Assembly: GCA_963664195.1 (NCBI GenBank)
Contig: OY760907.1
Location: 3,072,001-3,136,000, forward strand
Direction of reading: 5' to 3'
DNA: 64,000 nt
DNA from: an uncultured candidate division Zixibacteria bacterium
Lineage (GTDB): Bacteria; Zixibacteria; MSB-5A5; GN15; FEB-12
Shown here: in pieces, positions 1-7,615 of the stretch
Layout of the letters: every line of letters begins with the position of its first letter
Position numbering within the stretch: the stretch's first letter is position 1
Translations under genes and position numbers: made by a program
Notes under the pieces: model-generated
Told to the model about the DNA's origin: nothing
What the model saw: only the letters and a program-made list of their open reading frames with translations
The model's database searches: none

Positions 1-1
1 T

Positions 2-30
2 TTGACACGAGGGCTTTCGAGTGGTAGAAT
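2..30 (+). promoter_or_regulatory. sigma70-type promoter
   Basis: TTGACA (2-7), 17-nt spacer, TAGAAT (25-30); GGAGGT SD-like motif at 43-48. Confidence 0.75.
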
Positions 31-34
31 AACG

Positions 35-1237
35 GTGACCCGGGAGGTACGTATCAACGACCGCATAGATTTCCTCTACACCGACATCGGTCGGGGCCAT
101 CCGTTCTATCTCGACGGTATCATTGAAGCCGTTTCAAGCCGTTCTGCGTGCCGAATGGACTTAGCCCGCCACAATGTATTCGACTTGTCTTCGGGGCGCT
201 CAACGCTCGCCTGGAAGGCCGCCAGATGGCTATACACCCGAGGGTCCTCTGGTGGGCTGGCAGGGGCCATCTACTCACGTATCCGCCGCGAGAACAACTA
301 CAATCAACCGAATCGGATGCTCGGAATAATGGGGGGGGCTGTTCGCAAGAGATTCATGGATGGAAAAGGACCACTGGTCGTAGGGCACCCCTCGCTAGTT
401 GGTATTCTGGGCGGCCGGGCAGGTCTCATGTATCAGCACGGTGAGATGATCACTCCCTCGGAAGCGGTCGTGATGGGCGCCGAAACGGTACTGGTACCTA
501 CAGATCATGCGGCAAAGCCGTTTCTGGAGGCAGGCTACAAGCGGGAATCGGTCCGAGTTACGGGCCTGTGCATTGAGCAGTCCCTGGTCGAGGCTGCCGA
601 GAGTATGTTTGGTGAGAGGATGCGGCGGCTGCATGTTGCAGGGCTGCCCACCGGGGCGTATTTTTCCTCCGGGGCTGAACCGACCGCCCATGTCGACAAA
701 CTGGTTCGCTGCGCGGTGTCGGCGTCACGGGCCGGAGGGCAAGTTATTGTCTTTGCCCGCCGCGGGGGGCGACTAGACAAGCTGGCTTCTTTTGCGTTCG
801 AACGTACTCTCAAGAACTGGGCGCGATGTGACAGTGTGAAAGATATCCCGACCGATCTTCCGTTGGCCCTGCTGGTCGCTCATGATTCGCGGCAGTCGGA
901 GAACGATTTGACCTGTCGTTTGTTTCACCGCTTTGACTACTTCGTTGCGCCTCCTCACGAGCGTACAAATTGGGCGATGGGGCTCGGTCTCCCGATGTTT
1001 GCCCTGACACCGACTGTGGGGCCGTATGCGCCCCTGAACCTGCAGTTGCTGCTTAGCGAGATGACTGCCCGAGTGATTGATTCGCCGGTTGGTGCGGATC
1101 GATTCGGTGAATCGCTCGTGGCGCTGAGTCGTTCGGAAAAGCTGACTGCGATGGCTAAATCCGGTTGGGGGCATTATGACATCAACGGGTTTAGCAATAT
1201 CGCCGCGTATCTGCTCGACGTCTGCACTGCGGATTGA
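35..1237 (+). CDS. putative GT-B fold glycosyltransferase-like protein (MGDG synthase/GT28-like, divergent)
   Basis: N-terminal IDFLYTDIGRGH resembles the GT28/MGDG-synthase G-x-G-H loop; later ESVRVTGLCIE and WAMGLGLPM segments fit a GT-B layout; start uncertain (GTG 35, ATC 53, ATA 65). Confidence 0.5.
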   Translation: MTREVRINDRIDFLYTDIGRGHPFYLDGIIEAVSSRSACRMDLARHNVFDLSSGRSTLAWKAARWLYTRGSSGGLAGAIYSRIRRENNYNQPNRMLGIMGGAVRKRFMDGKGPLVVGHPSLVGILGGRAGLMYQHGEMITPSEAVVMGAETVLVPTDHAAKPFLEAGYKRESVRVTGLCIEQSLVEAAESMFGERMRRLHVAGLPTGAYFSSGAEPTAHVDKLVRCAVSASRAGGQVIVFARRGGRLDKLASFAFERTLKNWARCDSVKDIPTDLPLALLVAHDSRQSENDLTCRLFHRFDYFVAPPHERTNWAMGLGLPMFALTPTVGPYAPLNLQLLLSEMTARVIDSPVGADRFGESLVALSRSEKLTAMAKSGWGHYDINGFSNIAAYLLDVCTAD

Positions 1238-1250
1238 CTTGATTCAGAAG

Positions 1251-2243
1251 CTACTTGGCGGTTGCACCTTCATTGCTCCCGTCTGTCTTTGCGAGTTCTG
1301 CTTTTGCTCCCATCATCCGCTGAAGATTCGATTGCGACTGCGGGTTATCCGGCCAGATCGCCAGCGCTTGATTGAACTGCTGGAGGGATTCGTCTATGCG
1401 TCCTTGCTGTGCCGCGCAGATACCGAGTTGATTGTGTAGCTTGGATGCTTCGGGGTCTGTCGAATAGGCGAGACGGTGTGTCGTGAGGTCAAAGCAGGCA
1501 AAATCGTCGACCGTCGGCGGTCTTTCGAGGAGAGCGATGACATCAGCTTGTCCCTGTGAGTCAGTAGCCGCGGCGAGAGTCCGCCGCAGCATGAAGACAT
1601 AGGAAGAACACGGATCGATCATGCTGACCAATGACGACCTGAAGTACTCCTCGGCGATATCGTGCTGCTTAAGCCGCATGGCGACCTGTCCCATGTTACG
1701 ATACACCAACGCCTGGTCAACTTCAGAACCCAGTGACTTGCGATAGTATGTAAGGGCTTTCTCGGGCTGCTCTTTTGCTGCGTACAGGTCGCCGAGAGTG
1801 AGATAGATCGCTCCCCGCTGCTGAACTCCCGTTTTCAGGAGCTGGCTCAGAATGCTTACCCCGAGCACCGTGTCACCGCACTGAATATGGGCAATGCCCA
1901 GGTTGACCCGGGCACCATCGTAGTCCGGGTTGATATCGATTGCTCTCTGATAATTGATCAGCGCTGAGCTGCAATCGTGCTGCTGCAGCATACAGACGTC
2001 TCCGCCGTGTTTGAGACTGCGCGATTCGACTTCGATTCCCCCCGCGGATATCTTCTGGAGCCAGCCGGGGTTGACCGCAGTAATAACCGCCCATACAACC
2101 AGGCTGCACCACAAGAACAGAAGTGTCAGCGTGAGTAGAGTGCGAAGTCGGGAAGGATGCTCCTGCTTGCTTGTGTGAGATTCAGGCCGGTCGGAGTCGG
2201 ACCCGGAGTGATCAACAGGTATTGTGAAGAACGAAGACGACAT
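1251..2243 (-). CDS. membrane-anchored tetratricopeptide repeat protein
   Basis: One hydrophobic helix near the N-terminus, then TPR-like units (YQRAIDINPDYDGARVNLG, LHNQLGICAAQQGRIDESLQQFNQALAIWP). Confidence 0.8.
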   Translation of the reverse strand: MSSSFFTIPVDHSGSDSDRPESHTSKQEHPSRLRTLLTLTLLFLWCSLVVWAVITAVNPGWLQKISAGGIEVESRSLKHGGDVCMLQQHDCSSALINYQRAIDINPDYDGARVNLGIAHIQCGDTVLGVSILSQLLKTGVQQRGAIYLTLGDLYAAKEQPEKALTYYRKSLGSEVDQALVYRNMGQVAMRLKQHDIAEEYFRSSLVSMIDPCSSYVFMLRRTLAAATDSQGQADVIALLERPPTVDDFACFDLTTHRLAYSTDPEASKLHNQLGICAAQQGRIDESLQQFNQALAIWPDNPQSQSNLQRMMGAKAELAKTDGSNEGATAK

Positions 2244-3450
2244 GTTTCTGTTCTTTCTTCAGGCGGTTGAAGGTTTTGCACGCTTCTTCGTTTTGCTGTA
2301 TGATAACCTGGATGCCTCGTCCGGTGAAGGCGTTGTATATGAACTGACTGGTATTGCTCTCAGGGAATCCCTTGCCGCCCTCACCGTTGTGACCACTGCC
2401 TATCAACAGAATGTCGGCTCCCTGCTTCAGCAGCAGCCGTTGGTCACGGAAATTGAACCCGTGCTTCTTGTCTACCGGGCGGAAAGAACCGTCGGGGTAT
2501 ATCATCAGGTCGAAGAACGGGATTGGCACTCCACGGTAGACCGTCAGCCCATGGTCGCAATACGTGATGCCGTCGCTGTAGTGCACGATGAAGAAGTAGG
2601 ATTGCAGTCCGATGAGTGCCAATGCGAGAGAGATCACGGTGAGTCGGAACGGCTGGTATTGGCTGAGATGAAACACCGTGAAGACGAGGAACGCCGAGCA
2701 GGCACTCAATAGCGCCACAATCCACCAGTATTCAAACTCGGTTAAGAGAGAACTAATGAACATCAGCGATAGAGTGCTCACAAACAGGAGCATCAACAGG
2801 CTGAGCGGATTGTCTGAGTATTCGCGAATGCGCCGATAGTGCAGGTGAGACAGGTCGTGGCGTATCGATGACAAGCTCTCTGTACCGAGATAGATAGCGG
2901 TCAGTCCCATGACCGTACCCCACACATCTTTTGCAATGTCGCTGACATCAAACACTCGGCTGCTGAGGAACATCTGAAAGCCCTCATCAAAGGACGAAAA
3001 CAGAAGAGCCAGGAAGCACGTGGTCAGGACTATGCGCCCCCGGCTGAATCCCTTGCGCGGGGACAGATCACGGTAGATCATGAACGCAAAGATCATGTAG
3101 GCGATGTAATGCCAGTTCTGTTGCAGATCATAATAGCTGTGATCAAAGTAGTAGTCGGCGAATTGCTGGGCAATGACGACCATCCCGATAGCAACTACAC
3201 TTGCCAAAATCCTCAGCCATGTGATGTGAGATCGGAAGACGATAAGAAACGCAATGCCCGCCACAACGGCTATCGTGGGCACAACGACTATGTCCAGTCC
3301 GAGCAGTGAGGTCTGATAGTGCGATGCCTCGCCCAGAGCTTGCTGCAGGAAGCCCTGGAGCATCAAGAACGGGGTAGCGACGAGCAACAGGCTGTATAGT
3401 TCGGCCTGAATCCTGGTGGAATGAACCCAGTGGAGGGTTGAATGGGGCAT
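2212..3450 (-). CDS. multi-pass membrane protein with VanZ-like domain and C-terminal Mth938/AAMDC-like domain
   Basis: VanZ-like WHYIAY...FDEGFQMFLSSRVFDVSDIAKD; C-terminal DILLIGSG...EACKTFNRL...VVFVLHNTC; ATG 3450 has an upstream GGAG, so the longer ORF-track start overlapping the MFS gene is not used. Confidence 0.7.
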   Translation of the reverse strand: MPHSTLHWVHSTRIQAELYSLLLVATPFLMLQGFLQQALGEASHYQTSLLGLDIVVVPTIAVVAGIAFLIVFRSHITWLRILASVVAIGMVVIAQQFADYYFDHSYYDLQQNWHYIAYMIFAFMIYRDLSPRKGFSRGRIVLTTCFLALLFSSFDEGFQMFLSSRVFDVSDIAKDVWGTVMGLTAIYLGTESLSSIRHDLSHLHYRRIREYSDNPLSLLMLLFVSTLSLMFISSLLTEFEYWWIVALLSACSAFLVFTVFHLSQYQPFRLTVISLALALIGLQSYFFIVHYSDGITYCDHGLTVYRGVPIPFFDLMIYPDGSFRPVDKKHGFNFRDQRLLLKQGADILLIGSGHNGEGGKGFPESNTSQFIYNAFTGRGIQVIIQQNEEACKTFNRLKKEQKHVVFVLHNTC

Positions 3451-3763
3451 ACGGGCGTTCCACTCCAATGCAAAACGTATAGCAGCTGGCTCCGTTTTGC
3501 ACCCGGTCGCGGGGGAGATGGAACGTTGCCATGCTACCAACAACGTGATGAATATGCGGACGATCGGGATCGTGCCATGACGTTGGAGTAAGTGTATAGT
3601 CGTCCGTGGGTTGATTGGAGGTCGAATCAAAGGTGCCGGGCCACAACCTCTGCCACAGTATAAGCAATTTCTGCGATTCATGCAACTACTTGCACTTATG
3701 TCCATGTTTACCGCTGATAATCCGGTTGTTGATATTCGGAGATAAGCGTATATTGGCTCCCGC

Positions 3764-4987
3764 ATGATAAACCGAATGTTCACATTCTTCAGGCAATTCG
3801 ACCGCAACCTGTGGATTCTTTGTGTGGGTTGGTTTGTCGGTGCGGCCGGTTTTGCCGCTTCGATTCCGTTCTTATCGATCTACTTCTATGGCGAACTTGG
3901 TATGACGACGACCGAGATCGGCCTGTTCTTTGGCGCGATGGCGGTTGTGCGGTCAGTCTTTCAGGCAGTAGGCGGGGAAATGTCTGATCGCGTGAACCGG
4001 ACGATTCTACTTGTTTACTCGCAGCTTGCCCGTGCGGCGACGTTTCTTTTCATGGCGTTGGCCATCGCCTACGACTGGGGCTTCTGGTGGATTGCGGTGT
4101 TTGTCACCGTGAACTCGATCTTTGGCGGCGTGTTCATGCCGGCTGTGAATGCGCTGGTGTCCGACATTGTACCGGCGGCGAAAAGGCTGGACGGGTACGC
4201 CATTTCTCGAGCCGCGGGCAATCTGGGGTGGGCAGCTGGTCCGGCCATTGGCGGCTTTCTGGCCCACAGCTCCTACTCAGTGTTGTTCTATATTTCGGCT
4301 GTGATTACAACTGGATCCGGGTTGATTTTCTGGTTGTTTTTCAAAGCCCCGCAGCAGCAGAAGCCGCCCGAATCCTTCAAATTCAGAGACCTGGTTGCGC
4401 TGAAAGACGATAAGAACCTGGCGATTCACTCGATGCTGATTTTCTTCCTGTACCTGGTAGTGGCACAGCTCATTGCGCCGTTTTCCGTGTACACGGTCGA
4501 GATGGTCAAAATCACGGAGGCCGATCTCGGACTGCTGTTCACGCTCAACGGTCTGCTAGTCACGGCTCTGCAGATACCCACCACTCGTCTTCTGGGCCGT
4601 ACGCGATTCACAACTCAGTTGGCAGCGGGATCGCTGTTCTATTTCATAGGCTACGGTATGCTGGGTTTCTTCACGCATTTCAGTATGTTCGCGCTGATTA
4701 TCGTTGTGGTCACCATGGGGGAGATGATGATGTCACCACCTTCATTGACGCTCACCTCAAGGCTGGCACCGGAAGGGCGTATGGGGCGATATATGGGAGT
4801 GTACGGGTTTTTCGTGACGGCCGGATGGTCTTTTGGACCACTTTATGGTGGTTGGTTTCTGGAGAACTTCGGCCATGTGCCACACCTTGCGTGGCTGATG
4901 ATTGCTTCGCTTGCGCTGGTAGCCTCGGTGGGGTATGTGTGGTTCGGAAAACGGCTTCCGGAGGACTTCAACCGAAAGCCGATATAG
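3764..4987 (+). CDS. MFS transporter
   Basis: About 12 hydrophobic segments; motif-A-like GGEMSDRVNRT; GWAAGPAIGG; alternative ATG at 3776. Confidence 0.9.
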   Translation: MINRMFTFFRQFDRNLWILCVGWFVGAAGFAASIPFLSIYFYGELGMTTTEIGLFFGAMAVVRSVFQAVGGEMSDRVNRTILLVYSQLARAATFLFMALAIAYDWGFWWIAVFVTVNSIFGGVFMPAVNALVSDIVPAAKRLDGYAISRAAGNLGWAAGPAIGGFLAHSSYSVLFYISAVITTGSGLIFWLFFKAPQQQKPPESFKFRDLVALKDDKNLAIHSMLIFFLYLVVAQLIAPFSVYTVEMVKITEADLGLLFTLNGLLVTALQIPTTRLLGRTRFTTQLAAGSLFYFIGYGMLGFFTHFSMFALIIVVVTMGEMMMSPPSLTLTSRLAPEGRMGRYMGVYGFFVTAGWSFGPLYGGWFLENFGHVPHLAWLMIASLALVASVGYVWFGKRLPEDFNRKPI

Positions 4988-5000
4988 GACGCGGAGCAGG

Positions 5001-7589
5001 CTATTCGAGAATGACCAGTTTTCCCATCTGGGTTCGCTCCGGAGACTCCACCACCCAGTAGTACAATCCAGACACTACCAATTGCGTATTTCTCGTAATG
5101 AGATCCCAATAGTCATGCATCGACTCAGGCCCCCCCCCCGGCATGTTGTGGTCAATCTCGCGGATCAAATCGCCATCAAGAGAGAAGATGGATATCTTGC
5201 ACACCGGGGGCAGGTTTGAGAAATTCACGATATGCCAGCGGTCCTGCCCGGTTGTTCCGTCTCTGTTTTCATATCCACGTTCGACGTAGTCAGCATCAAA
5301 GCGGTATGGATTAGGGTATACGTAGACGTCCAGATTGTGTTCCTGTATGTAATCGACAGAGTGCTGCGGGTACTCCCGAATAGCGCTGTTCAGCGGTTTG
5401 GTCTCGAGGGCGCCCAGACCGGATTTCGGCGAGCCGTAGTCAAAAGCCGTAACGGAAACGTAGTACGGGATAGTCGGCAAGAGGTTGTCGACAACGAATT
5501 CGTATTCGTAATATTTGGGTAGAGGTGTTCCATAGTCGAATACTAGATCCTCCTCCTGCCAGGCCGTGGTGTCCGTGCCCGGGTTCGGAGCATCCGGGTA
5601 AACCTTGCGTATGCCGTCAGGATCGAGCAGACTCGATTGGTTGAAGTCCTGCTTCTCAAAGAAAAAGAACTGACCGTCACGACTGAGTGGATGCGCCCTG
5701 GTGTATCGCAGCGGGGCGAACGTGGAGTCATCATAGATCGCGCGAAGCTCTTCCAATGTGTACGGTTCTTCATCCCGTATCCATTTGCTGCCCTCGTCTC
5801 GGTCAACCCACACAAACCGGCTGTAGTCCTCGAGATCATAGGAGCGGACGACCGAGAAGCTTCCCGGCCGGTCATCCAGGGCGGTGTACACCCGGTAACC
5901 TTCAAAGTCGACCAGTTGTGTGAACACATCTCTGGTCGTTTCAGAGAAATAGCCGTTGAAGCGCACAGTTAGTTTTCCGTCAGAGGGAATCAGCCGCATC
6001 ATCGGTGCCGGGGGAGGGCCTGCGCCGCGAAAATCAGGGACGCCATCGCCCTCGTACCAGAGCGTTTCTGCCAGCGATGAATCGACGAGACCTTCGTAGC
6101 AAATCCGGTATTTGCCCCGGTAACCGTCGTCATCGGTGTCCACACCGGGGTTGTCGAAGACCCAGCTTGCCCAACGGGCATTCAGAGCCAGATCGGAAAA
6201 ATCGAGTTTGTCGATATACCGGTCGGGGTGTTCCGGATCCCAATACTCCTCCCAGTCGGTTGGATTCTGATGGAAATTCTCGCCACCTACCCACGCAAAG
6301 CTCAGCGGGAGGGTTTGTCCGGGTTCCAGGTCGAACGGTCCACATGACAACAGATAGCGAAGGTCATATCCCGAGGCATACCCTTTGGCATACGACGGCG
6401 GTGGCAGCCACAAAGAATCGGTTGCCGAAATAGTAGCTATCTTCATCAGATCGTAGTCGAACTCCTGGTTCCGCATGACATAGTATTTGTTACGGTCGCC
6501 ATCGGGCGTACCCAGGCCGGCACCGATATCTCGGAAGGGGTTCTGGGGCGTCCCTCTATGCCGCGGACCGAAATCCTGTTCCGCGTTGCCGTAGTTGGTG
6601 ATCCACCAGTTGTAGGCGAACTCAAGCGTGTCCGAAGGGGTTCGGACGATTCGTGCGCCCACGGCGCTGAGAATCGAGCGGTAGTCCCACCTGTTCGGGT
6701 TCACTACCGGATACGGATCGCCATCATTGTCGGTATGGTAGGCAATGCGCACGGTGTCGATGAAGCCGCAGCCTTCCGGTGCCGGGTGACTGAAATAAAA
6801 CCCGGCGATGTCGTCAGTCCAATGGTCATAGTCGGCCAGGGTCTCATGGAAAGCATCACCGTCGGCCCAGATGCCAATATAGAGTGCTTCGAGACGGTCA
6901 TAGCCGATGTTTTCGATTTCGAAGTCAAACAGCACGAAGTCATCAGCGTAGTCATAGCTCCATGCCATCGAGCGTTGCGTGATTTTCAGTCCGAGCGGTT
7001 TATGGCCGCGGCCGTCCGTGTTGTCCCGCCCGACAAGATTCGGGTCGACAATCGTATCTCTGTACTCGCAGACGATATCTTCCTCGGAATAAGCCGGTCT
7101 GGTGGGGTCGTAGTATTTGCTTGACGGGTTTATTGAGTTATATGTGAGTTTGCCTCCAAGTTCCTCAGTCTCCGGCCAGAACTCATTGGTCACATAGGAG
7201 TCTTCCTCGCCACAGGACACGAGTGTATCGCGTCCGACAACCGCTCCGATCCAGAATGCTCCTACCCAGAGCAGAGTGATTCCGCTGTTTATGGGGTACT
7301 CGCAGGAGGGAAGCATTTCGCCGGTCACAGGGTCGGGGATTTCGACTCCGCTGGAGCCAAACTGGCCGTTGTTGGCGATCGTGAGGCGCATTTTGCCGAC
7401 AGAGTGTGCGGCGTGGAGGACCATTCGGTCTGATGCAGCCCGTGTTTCGATGGCAGTTCGCGACAGGTCCGCCTTATTGATCGGCGGAAGGGGCTGTCGG
7501 GCAATCGAGTTGCCTGCCATGAGCAGTACAAGAAAGGCTGCCAGACACCTGCGTGCGTGGCAGCCTATGCTATTCGATCTATGCGTCAT
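5001..7589 (-). CDS. large secreted protein with FN3-like region and YPNPY-type C-terminal sorting domain (paralogue A)
   Basis: Signal peptide; acidic DTDDDG motif; DFEGYRVY...YYVSVTAFDYG; C-terminus VYPNPYR...WDLITRNTQLVVSGLYYWVVE. Confidence 0.8.
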   Translation of the reverse strand: MTHRSNSIGCHARRCLAAFLVLLMAGNSIARQPLPPINKADLSRTAIETRAASDRMVLHAAHSVGKMRLTIANNGQFGSSGVEIPDPVTGEMLPSCEYPINSGITLLWVGAFWIGAVVGRDTLVSCGEEDSYVTNEFWPETEELGGKLTYNSINPSSKYYDPTRPAYSEEDIVCEYRDTIVDPNLVGRDNTDGRGHKPLGLKITQRSMAWSYDYADDFVLFDFEIENIGYDRLEALYIGIWADGDAFHETLADYDHWTDDIAGFYFSHPAPEGCGFIDTVRIAYHTDNDGDPYPVVNPNRWDYRSILSAVGARIVRTPSDTLEFAYNWWITNYGNAEQDFGPRHRGTPQNPFRDIGAGLGTPDGDRNKYYVMRNQEFDYDLMKIATISATDSLWLPPPSYAKGYASGYDLRYLLSCGPFDLEPGQTLPLSFAWVGGENFHQNPTDWEEYWDPEHPDRYIDKLDFSDLALNARWASWVFDNPGVDTDDDGYRGKYRICYEGLVDSSLAETLWYEGDGVPDFRGAGPPPAPMMRLIPSDGKLTVRFNGYFSETTRDVFTQLVDFEGYRVYTALDDRPGSFSVVRSYDLEDYSRFVWVDRDEGSKWIRDEEPYTLEELRAIYDDSTFAPLRYTRAHPLSRDGQFFFFEKQDFNQSSLLDPDGIRKVYPDAPNPGTDTTAWQEEDLVFDYGTPLPKYYEYEFVVDNLLPTIPYYVSVTAFDYGSPKSGLGALETKPLNSAIREYPQHSVDYIQEHNLDVYVYPNPYRFDADYVERGYENRDGTTGQDRWHIVNFSNLPPVCKISIFSLDGDLIREIDHNMPGGGPESMHDYWDLITRNTQLVVSGLYYWVVESPERTQMGKLVILE

Positions 7590-7615
7590 GCGGGGATTGT
7601 CTCTCCGTACATGCG

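Noticed and set aside
3451..3807. N-terminal extension of the VanZ-Mth938 ORF in the track
   Set aside because: Overlaps the divergent MFS start, is not protein-like, and ATG 3450 has an SD
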